From: Candidatus Omnitrophota bacterium
GTDB lineage: Bacteria; Omnitrophota; Gorgyraeia; B26-G9
Assembly (NCBI GenBank): GCA_018817585.1
Contig: JAHITE010000036.1
Span: 15,347-39,346, forward strand
DNA length: 24,000 nucleotides
Reading direction: 5' to 3'
The notes under the pieces were generated by a model. That model saw only the letters and a program-made list of their open reading frames with translations. It did not search any database and was not told the origin of the DNA. The position numbers and the translations under genes were made by a program. This document shows positions 10,123-18,185 of the stretch, in pieces (the stretch's first letter is position 1; each line of letters begins with the position of its first letter).

Positions 10123-10589
10123 TAAGCGTATTTATTATTACATATTTTAGCTATTTTTTCAATAGCGCGTTTTTCCAGATGATAAATACTATAGCGCATT
10201 GTTTTAAAGCTTTGCGCTGCCTGAGGATCAAATAATTTGGCGCATTCTTCCAGTACTCTTATCGACTCCTTAACTCTTTGGCAATTAGCCAGAAAAATAT
10301 CCAGGATATTGCTTCTTTTAGCCTCAGAGACTATGGTTTTCTTACCCACATCAGTCTGAATTTGGCGGTTATTGATGATCTCGGCCGGAGTTGTCGCTTT
10401 ATTGCTTTGTAAACAAGCAGTTACCGCGTGACGGATTTTTTTAAACTCAGCGCTTAAACGCGCGTCATCAATAATAAAGCGCATAATATCTTCAATTACG
10501 CGCAGTCCTTCTTTGAGCCGGTTAGCATTAGCATCAATTAATCTGTATAGCTTAAGGTTTTCAGAGTTTTGTTTTAGCAATTTTTTCAA
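10122..10589 (-). CDS. ThiD2-like domain protein (family found fused N-terminal to ThiE; proposed HMP-P kinase)
   Basis: LYRLIDANANRLKEGLRVIEDIMRFIIDDARLSAEFKKIRHAV...NCQRVKESIRVLEECAKLF matches the N-terminal extension of cyanobacterial-type ThiE; adjacent to thiC. Confidence 0.75.
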   Translation of the reverse strand: MKKLLKQNSENLKLYRLIDANANRLKEGLRVIEDIMRFIIDDARLSAEFKKIRHAVTACLQSNKATTPAEIINNRQIQTDVGKKTIVSEAKRSNILDIFLANCQRVKESIRVLEECAKLFDPQAAQSFKTMRYSIYHLEKRAIEKIAKICNNKYA

Positions 10590-11043
10590 TCAGTTTTGTA
10601 GTTGAATATCCGTTGAGAAATTTTTCCCGGGCAATTTTTCCGCCATATTGTTTTAAAACATCAGCGCCGACAATATCGCTGGTTTTCCAGTCAGCACCTT
10701 TGACCAGAATATCAGGTTTGATTGTTTTTATTAGCTCAAGCGGCGTCTCCTGGGTAAAAATTGTTACATAATCAACGCTGGCTAAAGCGGCAATAACCTC
10801 GGATCTGTCAAGCTGGCAGTTAATTGGCCGGAATTTACCCTTGATTTTTCTAATTGAGGCATCACTGTTTAATCCGACAACTAAAATATCACCTTTTTTC
10901 TTGGCGGTTTGCAGATAATTCACATGCCCGCGGTGCATAATGTCAAAACAGCCATTGGTAAACACGATTTTCTGTTTAGCTTTTTTATGTTTAGCGATAA
11001 TTTTTGCCAAACTCGATAATGTTTTTATTTTTGCTTTTATCAT
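10561..11043 (-). CDS. rfaE2: RfaE/HldE cytidylyltransferase domain (D-glycero-beta-D-manno-heptose 1-phosphate adenylyltransferase)
   Basis: VFTNGCFDIMHRGHVNYL, VGLNSD, LVKGADW...FLNGYSTTKLI. The track ORF starts at 11073; the ATG at 11043 gives a 4-nt overlap with gmhA and is the more likely start. Confidence 0.9.
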   Translation of the reverse strand: MIKAKIKTLSSLAKIIAKHKKAKQKIVFTNGCFDIMHRGHVNYLQTAKKKGDILVVGLNSDASIRKIKGKFRPINCQLDRSEVIAALASVDYVTIFTQETPLELIKTIKPDILVKGADWKTSDIVGADVLKQYGGKIAREKFLNGYSTTKLIEKIAKTKL

Positions 11044-11609
11044 TTTGAAAGCGCGTCTTCTACTAGTTTGCAAATAATATGAATAATCGTGATGTGCGAC
11101 TCTTGAATCCGGGCAGTGTCATCTGAAGGAACCATTAGACAAATATCCGTGATTTTCTTTAGATTAATGCCCCTCTCTCCGGTTAAGCCAATGGTAAACG
11201 CGCCCTTTGCTTTAGCTTTTTTAAGCCCGCTAATCACGTTTTTTGCCTGGCCGCTGGTCGAAATCCCAATAACAATATCACCTTTAGCGGCAAAGGCATC
11301 GATCTGACGTTCAAACACATATTCATAACTGTAATCATTAGCCAAAGCTGTAAGCGTGGATGTATTGGTAGTCAGAGCAATCGCGGGATAAGCCTTGCGT
11401 TCTTTTTTAAATCTGCCGACAAGTTCCGCGGCCATGTGCTGCGCGTCAGAGGCGCTGCCGCCATTGCCAAAAATTAATACTTTTTTATCGTTTTTATAAG
11501 CTTCGATAATCGCTTTGCTGATTGCCACGATCTGCTTAGTGTTTTTTTCCGCTATCGCGTGAATAGTCTGAGCGGAATTAATTAATAATTCCTGAACAAT
11601 TAACTTCAT
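11040..11609 (-). CDS. gmhA: Sedoheptulose-7-phosphate isomerase
   Basis: FGNGGSASDAQHMAAELVGRF, IGISTSGQAKNV, IQESHITIIHIICKLVE. Confidence 0.93.
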   Translation of the reverse strand: MKLIVQELLINSAQTIHAIAEKNTKQIVAISKAIIEAYKNDKKVLIFGNGGSASDAQHMAAELVGRFKKERKAYPAIALTTNTSTLTALANDYSYEYVFERQIDAFAAKGDIVIGISTSGQAKNVISGLKKAKAKGAFTIGLTGERGINLKKITDICLMVPSDDTARIQESHITIIHIICKLVEDALSK

Positions 11610-11617
11610 ATGATCCT

Positions 11618-12202
11618 TTAGCGCAGAAAAGGAATTTCCTGCTGTTTAATTTTTTTAGTTTTATCATTATCTTTAGGAGCAATCTTAACCACATGCATAT
11701 TAACCATTATCGGTTTTTCAATGCCGGCTAATAAGGTTTGTACCTGTACCTGGATTGCGGACTGGATTCTTTCTGTGATCTCCGGAATATTGGAAGTTGA
11801 CCAGAGCACTACCCTGGTTTCGATTTCAATCCTTTTTCTGGTAACAAATACTTCAGAACGCAATTCTTTAACCTCAGGTAATTGATGTGTCAGCTTGCGG
11901 ATAAAATCCTCAATCGCGCCTAGAGAAATAATTATTTGACCGCCATTAGTTGAATAGCCAATGGTTTTTTCCGCCTGAAATTTCTTAAATGAAATATTGG
12001 CCAAAGACAAACTAACCAGAACCAACAAAACTCCGGTTAAACCAACCAGGATATGCAGATTCGGAAAATTAACAAAATAATCAATCAAAATACTTAGATC
12101 ATATTTGCCGGCTAAATGAAAAGCGAAAAATACTAAGCCAGTGCCGATAAAAATGAAAATAAGCGAATAGAAAAAAACAATGATCTTGTTAAAAATACGC
12201 AT
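11618..12202 (-). CDS. amaP: Alkaline shock response membrane anchor protein AmaP-like
   Basis: Two N-terminal TM helices followed by an Asp23-like region (GQIIISLGAIEDFI...VFVTRKRIEIETRV); adjacent to the Asp23 gene. Confidence 0.75.
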   Translation of the reverse strand: MRIFNKIIVFFYSLIFIFIGTGLVFFAFHLAGKYDLSILIDYFVNFPNLHILVGLTGVLLVLVSLSLANISFKKFQAEKTIGYSTNGGQIIISLGAIEDFIRKLTHQLPEVKELRSEVFVTRKRIEIETRVVLWSTSNIPEITERIQSAIQVQVQTLLAGIEKPIMVNMHVVKIAPKDNDKTKKIKQQEIPFLR

Positions 12203-12214
12203 AAATGCCCCCTT

Positions 12215-12580
12215 TTAGTTTTCTGATTCTTCAGCGTGAATATCGGCGATATTGACATTAACTTCCGAAACAGATAATCCGGTCATTTCTTCAATAGCCG
12301 TGCGGATATTTTCCTGAACCAATGCCGAAACATCCGGTATTGTAACTCCATAGCGCACAACAATTGTTACCCCGATTTTAACTTCACTTTCGCTAATATC
12401 CAGACTGATTCCCTTATTATGATATCCTTTGCTGAATAAGTCAAAAACCAGGGAAAGTATACCGCGTTTTACGCTTTCAACTCCGTCAACCTGCAATGCC
12501 GCGTTTCGGGCAATTGAAGCAATCACTTCATTGTTTATTTTTAATACTCCCAGATCATTTTTCTTTTCTTTCTCAGACAC
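12215..12580 (-). CDS. Asp23/Gls24 family envelope stress response protein
   Basis: LGVLKINNEVIASIARNAALQVDGVESVKRG...VSALVQENIRTAIEEMTGLSVSEVNVNIADI. Confidence 0.92.
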   Translation of the reverse strand: MSEKEKKNDLGVLKINNEVIASIARNAALQVDGVESVKRGILSLVFDLFSKGYHNKGISLDISESEVKIGVTIVVRYGVTIPDVSALVQENIRTAIEEMTGLSVSEVNVNIADIHAEESEN

Positions 12581-12592
12581 AACAGCCCCCTT

Positions 12593-13942
12593 TTAAACCT
12601 TATTTTCTAAAAATTTCTCAACAAAATTTGTATAAAACTCCCCTTTAACAAACTGCGGATTAGTAAACACTGCTTTATGAAACGGAATAGTTGTTTTTAT
12701 CGGACCGATCACAAATTCGTCCAAAGCTCTTTGCATGATTTTAATTGCTTCTTTTCTATTTGCTCCGTGAACAATTAATTTAGCAATCATTGAATCATAA
12801 TAAGGCGATATTTTATATCCGCTATAAACATGAGAATCAATTCTTACCCCTCTGCCTCCAGGCATATGCAAAGTCTCGATTGTTCCCGGACACGGCATGA
12901 AATTATTTGCCGGGTCTTCGGCGTTTATCCGGCATTCAATTGCCCAGCCGTTAATTTTTATATCTTCCTGCGTGAGTTTTAATTTTTCTCCGGCGGCGAT
13001 TTTAATTTGTTCCTTGATTAAATCAACGCCCGTGACCATTTCCGTAACCGTGTGTTCAACCTGAATCCGGGTATTCATTTCCATGAAATAGAATTTACCG
13101 TCAGTATCGAGCATAAACTCAATTGTCCCGGCGCTGGTATAATTTACAGCTTTAGCCGCCCGCACAGCTGTATCATGCAGTTTTTTACGGGTTTTCGCGT
13201 CCATTGCCGGAGAAGGACTTTCCTCAATTAATTTCTGATGACGGCGCTGTACAGTACAGTCTCTTTCCCCTAAATGAATAACATGTCCGTATTTATCCGC
13301 CAGAATCTGGACTTCAATATGCCGCGGTCTTTCAAAATATTTCTCCAAATACACCGAACCACTGCCGAAATTCGCTTCAGCTTCGGTTTGCGCGGTAATA
13401 ATCGAGCTGACCAGGCGAACATCATTATGGGCAACACGCATCCCTTTTCCGCCGCCGCCGCTGGCTGCTTTGATAATCACAGGGTATTTGATTTTATTGG
13501 CGATTTTAATTGCTTCATCTTTATTATCAATCAATCCCGCGGAACCGGGAATAATCGGTACTCCGGCTTTGCGCATTGAATCCTTGGCAACCATTTTATC
13601 ACCCAAAGAACGGATATTATCCGGAGTAGGTCCGATAAAGTTAATATGACAGGATTCGCAGATCTCGGCGAAATGCGCGTTTTCCGAAAGAAAACCATAA
13701 CCCGGATGAATTGCTTCAACATCCGTGATTTCCGCGGCGCTCATGATTGCCGCGATATTTAAATAACTCGCTGTTCCCTGCGCCGGGCCAACGCATACAG
13801 ATTCATCAGCAAACTGCACATGCATTGAACTGGCATCAGCTTCAGAATAAACCGCTACAGTCCGAATCCCCATTTCTTTGCAGGCACGAATAATTCGCAA
13901 AGCGATTTCGCCTCTATTGGCTATAAGAATTTTTGAAAACAT
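12593..13942 (-). CDS. accC: Acetyl-CoA carboxylase, biotin carboxylase subunit
   Basis: [54 protein letters not shown]. Confidence 0.98.
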   Translation of the reverse strand: MFSKILIANRGEIALRIIRACKEMGIRTVAVYSEADASSMHVQFADESVCVGPAQGTASYLNIAAIMSAAEITDVEAIHPGYGFLSENAHFAEICESCHINFIGPTPDNIRSLGDKMVAKDSMRKAGVPIIPGSAGLIDNKDEAIKIANKIKYPVIIKAASGGGGKGMRVAHNDVRLVSSIITAQTEAEANFGSGSVYLEKYFERPRHIEVQILADKYGHVIHLGERDCTVQRRHQKLIEESPSPAMDAKTRKKLHDTAVRAAKAVNYTSAGTIEFMLDTDGKFYFMEMNTRIQVEHTVTEMVTGVDLIKEQIKIAAGEKLKLTQEDIKINGWAIECRINAEDPANNFMPCPGTIETLHMPGGRGVRIDSHVYSGYKISPYYDSMIAKLIVHGANRKEAIKIMQRALDEFVIGPIKTTIPFHKAVFTNPQFVKGEFYTNFVEKFLENKV

Positions 13943-13955
13943 AATTTTTCCCTAA

Positions 13956-14426
13956 TCAGTTTTGTTCAATAACAAAAAGTACCTGACCAAATTCAATCGG
14001 GTCAGCATTTTCCACATTAATCGCTTTTATTTTACCTCTAACTTCAGATTTGATCTCATTCATTAATTTCATGGCTTCAATAATACAGATAACCTGTCCG
14101 ATTTCAACAGTGCCGCCAACTTCCACAAACGGAGCGGCATCAGGTGACGGCGCGCGGTAAAAAGTTCCGACCATTGGCGCTTTAATTTCCAATCCCCCAC
14201 TTATCGGAGTAACCAGGGCTTGAGTAACCGGCTGATTCATATCCTGCTGCTGCGGGATATATCCCATATTTAGCTGTTGAGGCATTCTTTCATATACCAC
14301 ATTGGAAGCTCCGCCGCCGCGGTTTAAACGGATTTTCAAGCCTTCTTTTTCCAGCTCCAGCTCGGTCAGATCGTTTTCCTTCATCAATGCTATCATTTCC
14401 TTGATTTCTTTTAAATTCATAAGCAA
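13956..14426 (-). CDS. accB: Acetyl-CoA carboxylase biotin carboxyl carrier protein
   Basis: Biotinyl domain APMVGTFYRAPSPDAAPFVEVG...CIIEAMKLMNEI. Confidence 0.97.
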   Translation of the reverse strand: MLMNLKEIKEMIALMKENDLTELELEKEGLKIRLNRGGGASNVVYERMPQQLNMGYIPQQQDMNQPVTQALVTPISGGLEIKAPMVGTFYRAPSPDAAPFVEVGGTVEIGQVICIIEAMKLMNEIKSEVRGKIKAINVENADPIEFGQVLFVIEQN

Positions 14427-14508
14427 CTCCTAACCTTAAAAGTCCAAACCACCTGATTATTATTCATTCCGCTTAATTTCTATATTATACATTAAACTAG
14501 CTAAAAAG

Positions 14509-15066
14509 TTAAACCCTTTCCACATACGCGCCGGTTCGGGTATCGATTTTGATCTTATCTCCCTGATTAATAAACAAAGGCACGGAAATAGTCGCTCCGG
14601 TTTCAATCGTAGCTGGTTTTAAAGAACCCCCTGTAGTATCACCTTTAAATCCCGGCTCAGTATGAGTTATTTCCAGCTCCACAAACATCGGCAGATTTAC
14701 TTCCAGCAGTTCATTTTTAAAACTAATGATCGAAACATCCATATTTTCTTTTAAATATCCGACAATATCTTTTAAAACTTCTTTATCCATGGTTGCTTCT
14801 TCAAATGTTTCCTGATCCATGAAATGATAAGTATTGCCCGCGGCATACAGAAACTGCATTTTCTTTTCTTCAATAAACGCGACTTCTAATTTTTCTTCAA
14901 CTCTAAACGTTCTTTCTAATATTTTCTTAGTTCTTAAATTGCGCATTTTTGTCCGGGTAAAAGCAGCGCCTTTTCCGGGTTTTACCGGCTGAAAATCAAC
15001 TATCACATAGATTCCGCCGTCATACTCTAAAGTCATTCCGGTTTTAAACTGATTTGCTGTTATCAT
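14509..15066 (-). CDS. efp: Elongation factor P
   Basis: MITANQFKTGMTLEYDGGIYVIVDFQPVKPGKGAAFTRTKMRNLRT...GDKIKIDTRTGAYVERV. Confidence 0.98.
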   Translation of the reverse strand: MITANQFKTGMTLEYDGGIYVIVDFQPVKPGKGAAFTRTKMRNLRTKKILERTFRVEEKLEVAFIEEKKMQFLYAAGNTYHFMDQETFEEATMDKEVLKDIVGYLKENMDVSIISFKNELLEVNLPMFVELEITHTEPGFKGDTTGGSLKPATIETGATISVPLFINQGDKIKIDTRTGAYVERV

Positions 15067-15068
15067 AA

Positions 15069-16112
15069 TTATAAAATCTCACATCCTTTGTTAGTAACTA
15101 AGACCATATCCTCTATTCTGATTCCCCCGGAATCGGGAATATAAATTCCAGGCTCAACTGTAAATACCATTGATTTCTTTAAACGCATTGAATTTTTATT
15201 GGAAATATTGGGAGCCTCATGAACTTCCAAACCAACTCCATGGCCCAACGAATGACCAAAATACTTATCCAGATCAGCTGCTTTCAGCACTTCTCTTGCC
15301 GCAAAGTCGATTTTCTCAATCTTAACCTGCGGCCGGATTAAGCTAATCGCTCTATCTTGAGCAGTAGCAACGAGTTTATAATATTCAATATATTGGCTAA
15401 TTTTACCTGAAAAGAAAGTCCTTGTCAAGTCAGATTTATAGCCCTGGACAGTTGCGCCCACATCGATAATAATCGGCTCATTATTCTTGATTTTGCGTTC
15501 TGTGGTAACCGCGTGCGGCATGGCCGCGTTTGGCCCTGAGGCGACAATAGTATCAAAAGCCGGCTGAGTTGAGCCATTGTCAATCAGCAGCAGCTCCAGT
15601 TTTGTTTTAAGCGCTCTTTCACTAATCCCTGGCTTTATCAGCGGTTTTAACTGGTTTAATGATTTTTTAACAATTTTCACAGCTTGGCGGATCAAAGCGA
15701 TTTCTTCCGGGCTTTTAATCATCCGCAGCTGTTCCACAAAGTTTTGAGCAGTAATAATCCGCGTTTCAGGCAATAAAGCAACTTTGATCCGGCTGTACTG
15801 ATTATAAGTAATATGGTCTGGTTCAAAACAAATCAATTTGATTTTTAATTTTTTACACAACTCAGCCAGTAAAGCATAAACTGAAGTCGTGACCATCTCG
15901 ATCTGATAACTTTTGTCTATTTCCTGCTGCGCCTGCAATTTATAGCGAAAATCACTGATAAACACATTTTGCTTAGCACTGATCAACAGCCATGATTCAG
16001 CAGAGGTAAAGCCGGACAAATAACGCACATTTGCCGGACAGGCAATCATCATAGCATCAATATTTGATTTTTTAAGATAAGCTCTTAATTTATTAACTCT
16101 GAGATTACTCAT
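15069..16112 (-). CDS. pepP: M24 family Xaa-Pro aminopeptidase/dipeptidase
   Basis: VDVGATVQGYKSDLTRTFF, GHSLGHGVGLEVHEAP, VFTVEPGIYIP, GGIRIEDMVLVT. Exact P/Q subfamily not resolved. Confidence 0.9.
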   Translation of the reverse strand: MSNLRVNKLRAYLKKSNIDAMMIACPANVRYLSGFTSAESWLLISAKQNVFISDFRYKLQAQQEIDKSYQIEMVTTSVYALLAELCKKLKIKLICFEPDHITYNQYSRIKVALLPETRIITAQNFVEQLRMIKSPEEIALIRQAVKIVKKSLNQLKPLIKPGISERALKTKLELLLIDNGSTQPAFDTIVASGPNAAMPHAVTTERKIKNNEPIIIDVGATVQGYKSDLTRTFFSGKISQYIEYYKLVATAQDRAISLIRPQVKIEKIDFAAREVLKAADLDKYFGHSLGHGVGLEVHEAPNISNKNSMRLKKSMVFTVEPGIYIPDSGGIRIEDMVLVTNKGCEIL

Positions 16113-16124
16113 ACTTTTCCTTTA

Positions 16125-16176
16125 ATAGGGACAGCGACTATTTTTCATCTTACTATCCATTGAAAAATAATGTCCC
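16125..16176. repeat. REP-like imperfect hairpin in the aroQ-pepP spacer
   Basis: gggac(agcgac)tatttttc at 16128-16146 pairs with gaaaaata(at)gtccc at 16162-16176; the motif aataggg.(a)cagcgactattttt recurs at 21235. Confidence 0.7.
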
Positions 16177-16182
16177 AGCAAG

Positions 16183-16623
16183 CTAACTTTTATTTATAAT
16201 CGTTAATATTGCTTCTAATCCCAGAATATAACTATGCTGGCCAAAGCCCGAAACCTGACCTGAACTCACCGGAGCAATTAACGAAGTATGCCGGAATTCT
16301 TCCCGGGCATAGATATTCGATAAATGCACTTCCACAGTAGGAATGCCCACAGCGCTGATCGCGTCGCGAATCGCCACGCTAGTATGAGTATAAGCCGCGG
16401 GATTAATCAGTAAAGCAGCATAAGTCGAATTAGCTTTGCCGATTATATCCACAATTTCACCTTCATGATTTGATTGGGTAATGTCCACTTTCATATTATT
16501 TTTTTTCGCCCAGATTAAAATATTATTATTAATAGTCTCAAGAGTCACCTTCCCGTAAATATCCGGCTCTCTTTCACCCAGAAGATTTAAATTCGGTCCA
16601 TGAATCACCAGGATATTTTTCAT
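16183..16623 (-). CDS. aroQ: 3-dehydroquinate dehydratase, type II
   Basis: MKNILVIHGPNLNLLGEREPDIYG, NPAAYTHTSVAIRDA, VEVHLSNIYAREEFRH, GQVSGFG. Confidence 0.97.
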   Translation of the reverse strand: MKNILVIHGPNLNLLGEREPDIYGKVTLETINNNILIWAKKNNMKVDITQSNHEGEIVDIIGKANSTYAALLINPAAYTHTSVAIRDAISAVGIPTVEVHLSNIYAREEFRHTSLIAPVSSGQVSGFGQHSYILGLEAILTIINKS

Positions 16624-16677
16624 ATCATTCTCCTTATATATTATATTATTAATTTCTCTAAGATTATTGATATCTTA

Positions 16678-16737
16678 CCATTGTATGGGGGGATTGTCTA
16701 CTAAAACACATTGAAATGTGTGTGTATTACACAATGG
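16678..16737. repeat. Nested inverted repeat (about 60 bp)
   Basis: Outer arms ccattgt 16678-16684 / acaatgg 16731-16737; inner arms acacatt 16706-16712 / aatgtgt 16715-16721. Confidence 0.6.
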
Positions 16738-16768
16738 ATAATGGTTTTTGCAGTTTTTAGTTTTTTAA

Positions 16769-16803
16769 CCATGAGCTATGAGCCATCAGCTATTAGCTAT
16801 GTT
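16769..16803. repeat. Degenerate 7-bp-period array
   Basis: ccatgag ctatgag ccatcag ctattag ctatgtt, i.e. minus strand TAGCTAA TAGCTGA TGGCTCA TAGCTCA TGG. Confidence 0.7.
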
Positions 16804-17046
16804 ATAAATATCCTGTTTCCATTTTTCGGGATTATCACGAATATATTTCTGAATTTGGCATAATGATTCATCATTGCGAATAATGTGGTCATAAAACGAT
16901 CGTTGCCATAAACGTTTATTAAATGGTGGCCAATTATTTTTTTTGACATTTTGAATGTATTGATTTGTTGTTATTGATTTAAACCATTTGATCATATCGA
17001 TATTGTAGGGGCGGCTGGCTGGCCGCCCGTATTGATCATCATCCAA
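16786..17046 (-). pseudogene. C-terminal remnant of a REP-associated tyrosine (Y1/IS200-like) transposase
   Basis: MIKWFKSITTNQYIQ...WPPFNKRLWQRSFYDHIIRNDESLCQIQKYIRDNPEKWKQD is the conserved RAYT C-terminus. It has a TTG start with an in-frame stop at 17058-17056, and no N-terminal catalytic HUH region. Confidence 0.82.
17009..17028. repeat. REP-like GC-rich palindrome inside the transposase remnant
   Basis: gggcggc-tggctg-gccgccc (7-bp arms, 6-nt loop), flanked by ttgatcat direct repeats at 16988-16995 and 17032-17039. Confidence 0.7.
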
Positions 17047-17104
17047 TTTTTTATTTCATATCGCACATTCTTCTTCATTTCTTTGCAGGGAATGTTTTTC
17101 TATT

Positions 17105-17132
17105 CGCTAAGCCCTAAACGCTAATCGCTACT
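17105..17132. repeat. Degenerate 7-bp-period array
   Basis: cgctaag ccctaaa cgctaat cgctact; minus strand TAGCGAT TAGCGTT TAGGGCT TAGCGAA. Confidence 0.65.
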
Positions 17133-17731
17133 TTAAAATGGTCAAAGAAAAGAAATTGTTTTTCTTTCTCATGCTCTATTGACCAATCCGCTTTATAATC
17201 TGACAATTCAGGCAACCAACCATATTTATGTGTTGCCTCAAGTAAATAACAACGACCATTCACATATATATGAACCCAAGCGTGTCCGCATGATTCTGAT
17301 GTGCCAATAACTAATCTTGCCTTAAAACCCATGTCATGTAATTGGCGCCAAGCCCAAATTGAATGATCTTCACAATCTCCTTTGCGCCTTTTTTCAAATA
17401 TATCAGGAGGTTCCCAAAAATCTTTTTGACTTCTAGTTTCTCGGTCAGAAACATATTTACATTTTCTAAGAAAATTTTCAATATCCCTTAAGTTTTTTGG
17501 TCTGGTAGAAAGAGGTTTATTAAAATATCTATTCCAAGGATGTGTATTACCCAAATAAGCCTTGCGATGTTTTTTGCCTTGCCATTCTTTTTCTCCCCCA
17601 GGTAATTCTCTTATCATAAATACTGGAGCACAATTAAAATCCTGTTTAAAATCAGGGAGATATTTTTTATATAAAACTAGAAATATAGGATTAAGGATAT
17701 GAAAAAGCATACGTTTTATTAAATTTTTCAT
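17114..17731 (-). CDS. Transglutaminase-like cysteine peptidase-type protein
   Basis: Plausible Cys-His-Asp arrangement: KGDCEDHSIWAWRQLHDMGFKARLVIG...GHAWVHIYVNGRCYLLEATH; N-terminal hydrophobic stretch. Confidence 0.65.
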   Translation of the reverse strand: MKNLIKRMLFHILNPIFLVLYKKYLPDFKQDFNCAPVFMIRELPGGEKEWQGKKHRKAYLGNTHPWNRYFNKPLSTRPKNLRDIENFLRKCKYVSDRETRSQKDFWEPPDIFEKRRKGDCEDHSIWAWRQLHDMGFKARLVIGTSESCGHAWVHIYVNGRCYLLEATHKYGWLPELSDYKADWSIEHEKEKQFLFFDHFKVAISV

Positions 17732-17819
17732 TATTTAGTTTTCCAATATAACATGCTTACCTTCATTTCGTTCTATTCAGTAAAAGAATTTATTTTAAGC
17801 TATTACTAGTCAGTTCCTC

Positions 17820-18050
17820 CTAAATAGCGCAGTTTTTTTCTTTTGTAATTTCATATGAGACTGAATGGCTCGGATATAAAGTCGAAACAAAAGTAACTTT
17901 CCACGTATAATGAGAATAATATTTATTTTTGAAATGACTTGTATATGCAACCTCACTAAGGATGTATTCTCCATGTGAAAGTTCTTCTTTAAAAAATTCA
18001 TTTTCTGCAATTTTTACTGCTTCTTGAATTGAAATCTCAGGAATTGGTAA
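17820..18050 (-). pseudogene. Remnant ORF without a start codon, in a different frame from the track ORF 17810-18010
   Basis: Hand translation: LPIPEISIQEAVKIAENEFFKEELSHGEYILSEVAYTSHFKNKYYSHYTWKVTFVSTLYPSHSVSYEITKEKNCAI*. It has a protein-like composition, and its 5' side runs into the GCAACACCAG repeats. Confidence 0.45.
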
Positions 18051-18053
18051 GAA

Positions 18054-18110
18054 GCAACACCAGGAAGCAACACCAGAGCAACACCAGGGTCTGCAACACC
18101 AGGGTCAGAC
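18054..18110. repeat. Four irregularly spaced direct copies of GCAACACCAG followed by GGGTCAGACC
   Basis: Copies at 18054-18063, 18067-18076, 18078-18087 and 18093-18102. Confidence 0.85.
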
Positions 18111-18140
18111 CTCCACTTTAGAAGTTATCATTTTTACACA

Positions 18141-18185
18141 CAAAAAAAGCAATTCCCTTTGTTTAGAGATTGCTGGATTGTTTAA
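18141..18185 (-). terminator. Rho-independent-terminator-like hairpin, repeat family copy A
   Basis: Minus strand AGCAAT...ATTGCT followed by TTTTTTTG; directly overlaps the stop of the 18163-18849 gene. Confidence 0.6.

Noticed and set aside
8627-13722. Other antisense or shadow ORFs: plus-strand ORFs 8627-8938, 9465-9662 and 11116-11307, plus 13274-13579 and 13531-13722
   Set aside because: Complementary to thiC, gmhA and accC; they lack independent support.
17810-18010. Track ORF MQKMNFLKKNFHMENT... as a gene
   Set aside because: A neighbouring minus-strand frame over the same DNA has far more protein-like sequence (EISIQEAVKIAENEFFKEEL...), so the track frame is probably spurious.
18054-18102. 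CRISPR array
   Set aside because: The repeat unit is only about 10 bp with 1-5 bp between copies; there are no spacers and no cas genes.
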